Program-made: the position numbers and the translations under genes
Shown here: piece after piece, positions 27,999-35,626 of the stretch
Position numbering within the stretch: the stretch's first letter is position 1
How the letters are laid out: each line of letters begins with the position of its first letter
Notes under the pieces: generated by a model
What the model was told of the DNA's origin: nothing
The model's input: only the letters and a program-made list of their open reading frames with translations
The model's database searches: none
Origin: Steroidobacteraceae bacterium
GTDB lineage: Bacteria > Pseudomonadota > Gammaproteobacteria > Steroidobacterales > Steroidobacteraceae
Reading direction: 5' to 3'
Length of the DNA: 64,000 nucleotides
NCBI GenBank assembly: GCA_035621995.1
Contig: DASPWF010000009.1
Span: 9,945 to 73,944, forward strand

Positions 27999-28110
27999 TC
28001 AAGTCTCCTTGTCGGTCGGGTTAGGGTGTGTCTGAGAGGCTCGCGCCTGAAGAGGACAGGCGACGCCCATCCGACCTGACCTTGAGCCGATCAGAACTTC
28101 GGCTGAGGCG

Positions 28111-28332
28111 CTAGTCGGCGCAGTCGTACACTGTCTCGCCCTCGATGCGTTTCGACTCCGCATGTTTGCCCTGGCGCGCGCAGTCGGCCTCGGCCTGTTC
28201 GAGGGCTTGAGCTTCACCCGCGTCGGCGGCGTCACCCCCCTGCACCGAATCCGGCGCCGACTCGTAGCCGATTTGCGGACCGCCCGCGCACGCCGCGCAG
28301 AACAGCACACCCACCAAAAGCGCACGTTTCAT
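28111..28332 (-). CDS. Mini-lipoprotein (73 aa), paralog of 26019..26228
   Basis: GGAGA lies upstream. MKRALLVGVLFCAAC contains a lipobox. The motif is ALEQAEADCARQGK...YDC. Confidence 0.6.
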   Translation of the reverse strand: MKRALLVGVLFCAACAGGPQIGYESAPDSVQGGDAADAGEAQALEQAEADCARQGKHAESKRIEGETVYDCAD

Positions 28333-28377
28333 GCTCGTCTCCGTGGCAGGCTAAGCTTGCGCACGTCCCGGTCCGTC

Positions 28378-28770
28378 TCAGGTCACGTCAATGGACGATA
28401 TGCGCCCGTCGTTGCGCATGCTGTCGACCACTGCCTGGCAACGCTCCGGCGGTCCTGGTCCCTGAAGCTGCAAGGTGACGTGCGTGTCGTCGACGCTCTC
28501 GATCAGGAATAGCTGGTATCCCACGTTGTCGCCGAGCAGCGAGCTCAAAAATCCCCCATTGCTCGGGTTGGGCACGTCAGGGGTCACCTCGACCGAAAGA
28601 CGCAGTGCGCACATGGGAACCGGCGTCGGCGCCTGAGCGTAGACGGCGCAAGTGATAAGCAATGTGTAAGCCGCGCCGATTACGCTTACGAGCATGCCGA
28701 GCCCGTCGCTCGGACGCAGACGACTGTGTTCCTGCAAGGACGTACTCAGTCTCCTGTGAATGACGAGCAT
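28378..28770 (-). CDS. Hypothetical secreted protein (130 aa)
   Basis: I take the ATG at 28770, which has GGAGGG 9 nt upstream. The basic n-region is followed by MLVSVIGAAYTLLITCAVYAQA. An alternative ATG lies at 28695. Confidence 0.5.
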   Translation of the reverse strand: MLVIHRRLSTSLQEHSRLRPSDGLGMLVSVIGAAYTLLITCAVYAQAPTPVPMCALRLSVEVTPDVPNPSNGGFLSSLLGDNVGYQLFLIESVDDTHVTLQLQGPGPPERCQAVVDSMRNDGRISSIDVT

Positions 28771-28795
28771 CGCCCCTACCCTCCGCTCGGCGTTC

Positions 28796-29137
28796 TCACT
28801 GTTGCTGCACCTCATTGCGCGCGCCTCCTGCTACGCAGCCGGTGCCTCCCTCTGCACACACCACGAGATACGTCGCGCGCTTGTTGCAGCCGGCAACACC
28901 GATCGTGTATTCGGCACGCTGCGGCGGTGCCCACCGCGGGTTCACGACCGTCGACTGAATCATTTCGTTGCTGAGGACCGTGGCAGTCGCCGCAGGGCAG
29001 TTGAGTTCGAACTTGCCGCGTTGCGTAGCGACGTGGAGCGCGTCGGCCTGCATCTCGTTGACCATCTGCTGCTGTGATTCGCAGCCGCAAACGACCGCCG
29101 AGAGTGCAAAGGTGGCGAATGCGAGCCGTGTTTTCAT
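28796..29137 (-). CDS. Hypothetical lipoprotein (113 aa, Cys-rich)
   Basis: CAGGAG lies upstream. MKTRLAFATFALSAVVCGC contains a lipobox, and there are 5 more Cys. Confidence 0.6.
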   Translation of the reverse strand: MKTRLAFATFALSAVVCGCESQQQMVNEMQADALHVATQRGKFELNCPAATATVLSNEMIQSTVVNPRWAPPQRAEYTIGVAGCNKRATYLVVCAEGGTGCVAGGARNEVQQQ

Positions 29138-29211
29138 GACACACTCCTGAAGTTCAGGTCGAGCCTCGAAGGCTGATGAACGCTCGAGGGGTCGGGGTTC
29201 GCGATACTGTA

Positions 29212-29233
29212 AGTAATTCCTGAGTAATTCCTG
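29212..29233. repeat. Perfect tandem duplication of an 11-mer (agtaattcctg x2) in an AT-rich divergent promoter region
   Basis: The unit occupies 29212..29222 and 29223..29233. The surrounding 29200..29340 is visibly AT-richer than the window. Confidence 0.9.
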
Positions 29234-29494
29234 CGTTCCCTGAATGCTTACTTTCTGAACTGCGCCAAACCTGCACCAAACCCCATTGTCGACCCTAATT
29301 CATGTCGTGCCAAATTAGAAATAGGACCTTGGTCCAATGGCGGGTGCACTCGAGAAGCGGAGGCTAGCAGCAGCCGCCTTCCCGTACGGGCAGTGGCTCT
29401 GGTCGGATCAGGAGTACATACTTCCCGGAAGGGATTTTTCTGCGGACGACCGCAGCCAGGTCCTTTCCGAGCTGGAGAAACAGGGGACTTTCAC

Positions 29495-30160
29495 ATGTTG
29501 TCACGAAGAATGCTCTTGGCCCTCGGTGTACTTCTCACGGCGGCCACACCCTCGGCCTACGCCCAGTACTACGGCAACTCCACATACGAAAATCCGGTGC
29601 AATGGTACATCGATGGCGGAGCCAATGTGCCGGCCGGCGACACCGCCAACCTTCTCAACACTGGTTGGAACTTCGGCTTCGGCGTCATTTTTCGTCAACC
29701 GCAGGCGCCCTTCGGGCTGCGGCTGGACTTCAACTGGTCGACCAACAACGCCAGCGCTCATGCCCTCTACCAGGCTTCCAATGCGACGAAAATGAACATC
29801 GACGGCGGCTGGGCGGACGTGTGGTCGCTCAGCGCCGGCGGCGAGTATCGCTTCAACTTCAACCCGCAGACGTATGGCTACATAACCGCAGGGATCGGTG
29901 CCTACTACACCTCGGTCCAGCTCACCGAGGTGGGCTACGGCTATGTCTGCAACCCGTGGTGGGGCTACTGCTACGTCGGCACCGGCCAGGCCATCGTTGC
30001 CTCAAATGCAGCCACCCACTTCGGCTGGGATGCTGGCCTGGGGGTCGCCTTCAGGCTCGGTTCCGGGGCGACGCTCTTCGCCGAGGCGAAGTACACATGG
30101 ATCGACACTTCGAATCAGACGGTCACCTACATCCCCGTGCTGTTTGGGATCCGCTTCTAA
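29495..30160 (+). CDS. Outer-membrane beta-barrel protein (paralog of 22682..23326)
   Basis: I take the ATG at 29495. The signal peptide is MLSRRMLLALGVLLTAATPSAYAQ. It has the same GYGYVCNPWWGYCY loop and the terminal LFGIRF. Roughly half of the aligned residues are identical to the other copy, judged by eye. Confidence 0.8.
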   Translation: MLSRRMLLALGVLLTAATPSAYAQYYGNSTYENPVQWYIDGGANVPAGDTANLLNTGWNFGFGVIFRQPQAPFGLRLDFNWSTNNASAHALYQASNATKMNIDGGWADVWSLSAGGEYRFNFNPQTYGYITAGIGAYYTSVQLTEVGYGYVCNPWWGYCYVGTGQAIVASNAATHFGWDAGLGVAFRLGSGATLFAEAKYTWIDTSNQTVTYIPVLFGIRF

Positions 30161-30183
30161 GGGAGCGCACGAGCTGCAGGCTG

Positions 30184-31422
30184 TCATCGGGAAATATCGA
30201 ACACAATCTGGTCGTGCCACCACAGCCGTTCGAAGAACGCACGGCCCACATCGCGCGGTACGTGTGGCGGGAGCAGCTCGCCGATGGTCCGTTGGCCATC
30301 GACCGATTGCAGGAGTCGCCACTCGGATGCTTCCACGGGAAGGTAGATATCGGTATCCGTGTGGGCACGGTTGATCAGCACCGCAGCGCTGCCGGGCGGC
30401 AGCCGCTCCTGGACGGCTAACGTGTCCGCCGCACGGATAGGAATATAGCGGGGCCAGTCATCTCCCGCGAAGGTGATGTCGGGTGACGCCGTATGCTCGT
30501 CCCGATAGGCCACGGCGCTGTGACGTAGCATGGTTCCGCGAAAGAGCTCGGCGACGGCCGATTGATCGCCGGGCGTGAGCTGCCCCAGCGGCAACGTCGT
30601 GCCGATCCGCGCCATGACACCGCAGTGAAGACTGTACGGGGCCTGCCGCACCCAGCGCGCGAATCTCAGGCCGCTCCGGGCCAGGAACTCAAAAAACTCC
30701 GGAACCGAGTAGGCGCGGTCCCGCGGATTGAGTAGCGCATCGGCCAGCGCGCTCTCGGAGCGGAAATCCGCGGACTCGCGCAGCAGACGTTCGAGGGGAT
30801 GCCCGGAGGGCAAGGCCCTGAGCGCAACGATCAGGTCCCGGATACCGCTGTCGGTCGCCCGGACGCCGATGCGTCGGCAAAACTCCTGGAGCATGTACAC
30901 GCCGGTTCGGCCATACGGCGCGTACACCATGAGATGCATAGCACCGTCGGGCTTGAGAACGTTGCGCAAGGCGACGAGTCCTGCATCCGGGTCCGCCAGA
31001 TGGTGCAGCACGCCCGTACACACGATCTGATCGAAGCTCGTACCGAGGTCAGCGGCCCGCTCGAGGGGCAAGTGGCGGACCATAAGGTTGGCGAGCCCGT
31101 GCTTGTCCTTCAATTGCGCCGTGTGGCGCACACTGGCTTCACTGAAATCGATCCCGGTCACCCGGGCCGCGGGCCAACGGACCGCGTACTTTGCCGCCTG
31201 TGAAGTGCCGCAGCCGGCGACGAGAATCGAGTAGTCCTCGTGGTAGCGCTTACCCGGCCAGAAGAGATGGAAGTCAGCGCGACGGCGCCGCGGCTCCTGC
31301 CACCGCTTGCGATAGCGGTCGAGATCGTCGCTCGGCGGAGGGTAGGGATAACGCTCGTAGAAGTCCTGCACTTCCGCCGCGACCCACGGCGGGTCCGGCG
31401 TACTGTTCTCAGATGAGCTCAC
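30184..31422 (-). CDS. Class I SAM-dependent methyltransferase with a about 250-aa C-terminal extension
   Basis: FYERYPYPPP...ILVAGCGTSQAAKYA...VTGIDFSEASV...FDQIVCTGVLHHLADP...LKPDGAMHLMVY are SAM-MTase motifs I-III. The start is uncertain. The track ATG at 31650 lies upstream of the sulfatase terminator hairpin, so I use the in-frame GTG at 31422 (alternative 31482). No good SD sequence is seen. Confidence 0.7.
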   Translation of the reverse strand: MSSSENSTPDPPWVAAEVQDFYERYPYPPPSDDLDRYRKRWQEPRRRRADFHLFWPGKRYHEDYSILVAGCGTSQAAKYAVRWPAARVTGIDFSEASVRHTAQLKDKHGLANLMVRHLPLERAADLGTSFDQIVCTGVLHHLADPDAGLVALRNVLKPDGAMHLMVYAPYGRTGVYMLQEFCRRIGVRATDSGIRDLIVALRALPSGHPLERLLRESADFRSESALADALLNPRDRAYSVPEFFEFLARSGLRFARWVRQAPYSLHCGVMARIGTTLPLGQLTPGDQSAVAELFRGTMLRHSAVAYRDEHTASPDITFAGDDWPRYIPIRAADTLAVQERLPPGSAAVLINRAHTDTDIYLPVEASEWRLLQSVDGQRTIGELLPPHVPRDVGRAFFERLWWHDQIVFDISR

Positions 31423-31499
31423 AGGGCGATCAAGCGCTGAGCGACCGGTATCAGCCGGTTGGCTAAGCGCACGGTGACGCACGCGATCGAGTAATGCAA

Positions 31500-31527
31500 C
31501 CCCGCCGGGCAACACGGCCCGGCGGGG
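31500..31527 (-). terminator. Hairpin terminator after the arylsulfatase gene
   Basis: ccccgccggg-N8-cccggcgggg forms a perfect 10-bp GC stem 38 nt after the stop. It is followed on the minus strand by TTGCATT. Confidence 0.55.
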
Positions 31528-31564
31528 AACTGGCGTCGGCGCGGCGGTCGCGGGCGGAGCGACC

Positions 31565-33082
31565 TTAAGCGCCGTGCGCCTTCGAGACCTGTGCCAGCAC
31601 CTCGTCGAGGTTGAAGGACGCCGGCTTCTGGCGCGGCGGAAACTTCGCAAATCCCTGAATTTGCTCCGCTACCACCGCCTGGCATAGATACAAGTATGGA
31701 GCGTGATCGACGATCCAGTCCCAGTACGTATTGGAATTGAAATCCGCCCGCTCGAAGGGGTCGCGACGCAAGTTGAATATGTGCGGTACACGAAGCTTCA
31801 CGAGCGGCTCCGCCCACACGTTCATCTGAAACGCCCGTTGCACGGCGAACTGCAGCTTGTAGTCACCGACGCGAACGGCCATGAGCTCGCCGTCATCGCT
31901 GAAATAGGCCAGCGACTTCCTCGGGCTTTCCTTCGCCTCGCCCGTCAGGTAGGGCAACAGGTTGAAACCATCGAGATGAACATTGAAGCTCTTGTCGCCC
32001 ACCTTCGTGCCCTTGAGCAGCCTCTGCGTCACGTCCGGGTCGCCCGCCGCTGCCAAGAGCGTCGGAAACATATCGATGTGGCTGACGATGCCGTTGAGCA
32101 CCGTGCCCGGCTTGATCTTCCCCGGCCACCGGATGAAGCACGGCACGCGCCAGCCGCCCTCCCAGTTCGTGTCCTTCTGGCTGCGGAAGGGGGTGGTGGC
32201 GCCATCCGGCCAGGTGTCGTTCTCGGGGCCGTTGTCGGTTGAGTACATGACGATCGTATTGTCGGCGATGCCGAGCTGATCGAGCTTGTCGAGGATCATG
32301 CCGATCTGCTCGTCGTGCACCACCATACGGTCGCTGTATGGATCCTGACCGCTCTTGCCGAGGTTCTTCTCCGCCACATGAGTGCGGAAGTGCATCGCGG
32401 TCGAGTTGTACCAGAGGAAGAACGGCTTCTGTGCCTTCGCCTGCTGCTCCATCCAGGCGATCGCCCGGGAGGTGACCTCTTCATCGATCGTTTCCATTCG
32501 CTTCTTGGTGAGCGGGCCGGTGTCCTTGATCTTCTGTTTGCCGACGCGCCCCCAACGAGGCTGCTCCGTCGGATCGTCCTCGTTGGTCGCCACGCAGTCG
32601 AGTACGCCGCGCGGACCGAACTGCGCGCGGAACTTCGGGTCCTTGGGGTAATCGGGAAGCTCCGGCTCTTCCTCGGCATTCAGGTGGTAGAGGTTGCCGA
32701 AGAACGCATCGAAGCCGTGCACCGTCGGCAGGTACTCGTTGCGGTCGCCGAGGTGGTTCTTGCCGAATTGCCCGGTCGCGTAGCCGAGCGGTTTGAGCAG
32801 CTCTGCGATGGTCGGGTCTTCCTTCTGTAGGCCTACCGTGGCGCCCGGCATGCCGACCTTGGTCAACCCGGTGCGGATCGGATTCTGTCCGCAAATGAAC
32901 GAGGCGCGGCCGGCGGTGCAGCTTTGCTGCGCGTAGTAGTCGGTGAATGCAACGCCTTCGTTGGCGACGCGATCGATGTTCGGCGTGCGGTAACCCATCA
33001 TCCCGCGGCTGAAATACGAGACGTTCCACGTGCCGATGTCATCGCCCCAGAGAATGAGGATATTGGGAAGCTTCGCAGCCAT
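31565..33082 (-). CDS. Arylsulfatase (formylglycine-dependent sulfatase family), no signal peptide
   Basis: PNILILWGDDIG...TPNIDRVANEGVAFTDYYAQQSCTAGRASFICG...GQFGKNHLGD are sulfatase signatures with the active-site motif C-T-A-G-R. I take the ATG at 33082, which has AAGGAA upstream. The track start is a GTG at 33103. Confidence 0.88.
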   Translation of the reverse strand: MAAKLPNILILWGDDIGTWNVSYFSRGMMGYRTPNIDRVANEGVAFTDYYAQQSCTAGRASFICGQNPIRTGLTKVGMPGATVGLQKEDPTIAELLKPLGYATGQFGKNHLGDRNEYLPTVHGFDAFFGNLYHLNAEEEPELPDYPKDPKFRAQFGPRGVLDCVATNEDDPTEQPRWGRVGKQKIKDTGPLTKKRMETIDEEVTSRAIAWMEQQAKAQKPFFLWYNSTAMHFRTHVAEKNLGKSGQDPYSDRMVVHDEQIGMILDKLDQLGIADNTIVMYSTDNGPENDTWPDGATTPFRSQKDTNWEGGWRVPCFIRWPGKIKPGTVLNGIVSHIDMFPTLLAAAGDPDVTQRLLKGTKVGDKSFNVHLDGFNLLPYLTGEAKESPRKSLAYFSDDGELMAVRVGDYKLQFAVQRAFQMNVWAEPLVKLRVPHIFNLRRDPFERADFNSNTYWDWIVDHAPYLYLCQAVVAEQIQGFAKFPPRQKPASFNLDEVLAQVSKAHGA

Positions 33083-33289
33083 GGTGTTATTCCTTTCGGT
33101 CACCGAGCTCTCTCGTGACCGGTAATGGTTGACGAACGTCGCAGGCCAGTGAGGCTAACCATTGATACTCGGTTTGTCAGTGGGACCAGAGGCTTATTTC
33201 AGCCGTCCCGCGGAGGGTGCGTATGCCCGAAGCGTAAGCGCTACCGTAATACTGCTGTAGTCTCAGTGAGCCAGTACCGTGAACCCTTG

Positions 33290-33457
33290 ATGATCACTTC
33301 ACCGAGCGAATTCATCCGCTACTTCATCGGTCGGTTCGACGGGCCACTGCATTTTCGCTTCATTGCGCAACCGCTGATGGCTATCCTGCTCGCCATGCGC
33401 GACGGCTGGCGAGATGCACGTGCCGGGCGATCCGCTCTTGCCGCTAGTCCTGCATGA
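33290..33457 (+). CDS. Mini-ORF (55 aa) translationally coupled to the PQQ dehydrogenase
   Basis: The sequence is MITSPSEFIRYFIGRFDGPLHFRFIAQPLMAILLAMRDGWRDARAGR... Its stop overlaps the next start as ATGA (33454..33457). No SD sequence is seen. Confidence 0.35.
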   Translation: MITSPSEFIRYFIGRFDGPLHFRFIAQPLMAILLAMRDGWRDARAGRSALAASPA

Positions 33458-35238
33458 AGAGCTTCGTGACGATCATCGCCACACTCGTGGTGGCCGGCGT
33501 CGTAATTGGCGCGGGGATGTATCTGGCGGCGCCGGCCCTGATGACGCAGATCGGGGGCATGGCACGCAACTATCTTCTGACCTTGTCGGCGCCGGCCGGC
33601 ACGCTCACCGTTGACTCGAACCCGTCCTACATTGCCCCCGGGGACGCCATGCCGTTGCCAGCCGCTGCGGCGTTATCGCCCGAGGCGGCGGCCGACTGGC
33701 CGAGCTATAACCGTACGCCGTCCTCGGACCGGTACTCACCGCTTAAGCAGATCAACAAGACGAACATCGCCGCGCTCAAGGTGCTGTGCACCTACGACGT
33801 CGGTGGATTCGATGCCTTCGAGTCGGGCCTGCTCATGGTCGACGATGCACTGATCGCGACGACCGAGTTCGATATTTTGTCCCTGAATCCAGCGAACTGC
33901 GCCCTCAACTGGCGCACTCACGAGGACTACCCGCGCAATATCAAGCCCGCCAACCGCGGCGCGGCATACCTCGACGGCATGTTGTTTCGGGGTACTCAGG
34001 ACGGACGTGTGCTGGCCTATGACTTCAGAACCGGCGAGCGACTGTGGGCGACGCGGATTGCAGACCCGAAGTTAGGCGAGTCGGTGCCGGCGGCGCCAAT
34101 TGCCTGGGACGGCCTGGTCTTCATCGGCAACTCGGGTGGAGATTTCAAGGGCGGCAAGGGACACATGTTCGCGCTCGACGCCAAAACGGGCCGGATCGTC
34201 TGGGAGTTCTTTCTCGCCCCCAAAACCGCGAACGATCCCGTGCTCGGACCCGAGGGCAAAACGCCACTCGACATGTCGACCTGGAACAATGTGTCCGACA
34301 TACCCATCAGTGGCGCCGGAACCTGGACCTCATTCACCCTCGATGTCAAAACGGGGGCGTTGTATGTCCCGGGCGGCAATCCGGCCCCGGACTTTGCCGT
34401 CGACGTGCGCGAAGGTGGCAATCTCTACAGCGACTCCGTGGTCGTCCTCGACGCCGAGACGGGCGACTACCGCTATCACTACAAGCTGGTACCGAGGGAT
34501 TGGCACGATTGGGACGCGTCCAACCCGCCGGTTCTGGTCCAAACCATGGGCGCCAAACGGCTGCTGGTGATTGCGCCCAAGGACGGGCACCTCTACGGCT
34601 TCGATCTCGACGACAACAATCGCCTTCTCTACCGCGTGCGGGTCACCCGGATCGAGAACGTCGACGAGCCCTTCGTGGTCGGCAAGGACGTGCACTTCTG
34701 TCCCGGCGCCGTGGGCGGCGGCGAATGGAACAGCCCGTCCTTCGTTCCAGAGTCGAACCTCATACTCGTGGGAGAGGTCGAGTGGTGCGACACCGTCAGG
34801 CTGGAGGATGTCAGCCGACTACGGGCGAAGGGACTCGGCGAGCCGTGGGCCGGAATGGCGACCCTCAACCCATTCTGGACGCTCGTCAGGGAAAGGAAGT
34901 CGGATGGCACCTGGGCCGGCTGGGTTTATGCCGTCGACGCGGACACCGGGGTGTGGAAGTGGCGTCTCAAGTCGAACTACCCGATCGTCGGCGGTGTGAC
35001 ACCAACCGCTGGCGGTATCGCGTTTGTGGGCGATGTGGGCGGCAACTTCTACGCGCTCGACACCGCCAACGGCCAGAAGCTCTGGAGCGGGCAGCTCGGC
35101 GGCGCCATCGGTGGCGGTGTGATCACCTATGCAACGCAGGGTGTCCAGCGAGTCGCTGTCGCGATCGGGTTCACCCATGTCGCCTGGCCCACGAAGATCG
35201 TCACGCCCAAGATCGTCGTGCTAGGGCTCCCGGAGTGA
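33454..35238 (+). CDS. PQQ-dependent dehydrogenase-like beta-propeller protein with an N-terminal membrane anchor
   Basis: It is 594 aa. The TM segment is FVTIIATLVVAGVVIGAGMYLAA. WPSYNRTPSSDRYSPLKQINKTNI..LKVLC is the quinoprotein N-terminal signature. Repeated propeller blades are present (G.L.A.D..TG...W). Confidence 0.8.
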   Translation: MKSFVTIIATLVVAGVVIGAGMYLAAPALMTQIGGMARNYLLTLSAPAGTLTVDSNPSYIAPGDAMPLPAAAALSPEAAADWPSYNRTPSSDRYSPLKQINKTNIAALKVLCTYDVGGFDAFESGLLMVDDALIATTEFDILSLNPANCALNWRTHEDYPRNIKPANRGAAYLDGMLFRGTQDGRVLAYDFRTGERLWATRIADPKLGESVPAAPIAWDGLVFIGNSGGDFKGGKGHMFALDAKTGRIVWEFFLAPKTANDPVLGPEGKTPLDMSTWNNVSDIPISGAGTWTSFTLDVKTGALYVPGGNPAPDFAVDVREGGNLYSDSVVVLDAETGDYRYHYKLVPRDWHDWDASNPPVLVQTMGAKRLLVIAPKDGHLYGFDLDDNNRLLYRVRVTRIENVDEPFVVGKDVHFCPGAVGGGEWNSPSFVPESNLILVGEVEWCDTVRLEDVSRLRAKGLGEPWAGMATLNPFWTLVRERKSDGTWAGWVYAVDADTGVWKWRLKSNYPIVGGVTPTAGGIAFVGDVGGNFYALDTANGQKLWSGQLGGAIGGGVITYATQGVQRVAVAIGFTHVAWPTKIVTPKIVVLGLPE

Positions 35239-35423
35239 CAACGGGCCAGCGAACCTCGACGGGCTGGACTGACGCGGAGCGCGGTTTCCTGTCGCCGACC
35301 GGGCGCTACTGTGTCATCCGTGCCCGACGCACTTCACATTCGCAGGGAGCGGCGCCGCGCACGGTGCGGATATGTGACGCCCGTCGTGGTGAACGCACCG
35401 CCGGCGACCTGACATTGCACAGC

Positions 35424-35597
35424 ATGACGAGCAATGTCATACCGCTGCGGCCACGCAGGATCACCGAGAACGAGCTCATCGCCTACCGGATGATCACGCA
35501 GGGCTGGTCCGAGGCAATGAAGCGGTTGCTGCTGCCCGCGTACTTCGCGGCCGAGGCGAAGCAACGCGGCTCAGCGGCCGGCTCGAACCGGCCGTAA
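35424..35597 (+). CDS. Hypothetical 57-aa protein
   Basis: It has an ATG start and G/C-rich third positions. The sequence is MTSNVIPLRPRRITENELIAYRMITQGWSEAMKRLLLPAYFAAEAKQRG. It has no SD sequence and I recognise no family. Confidence 0.25.
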   Translation: MTSNVIPLRPRRITENELIAYRMITQGWSEAMKRLLLPAYFAAEAKQRGSAAGSNRP

Positions 35598-35626
35598 ACG
35601 TTTCGGCCCAACGCTGGAACTGCGCC

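Noticed and set aside
31423-31650. The track start (ATG at 31650) for the methyltransferase, which overlaps the sulfatase 3' end by 86 nt.
   Set aside because: The extension is Arg/Pro/Ala-rich and spans the strong GC hairpin at 31500..31527, which looks like the sulfatase terminator. The conserved MTase sequence begins near FYERYPYPPP.
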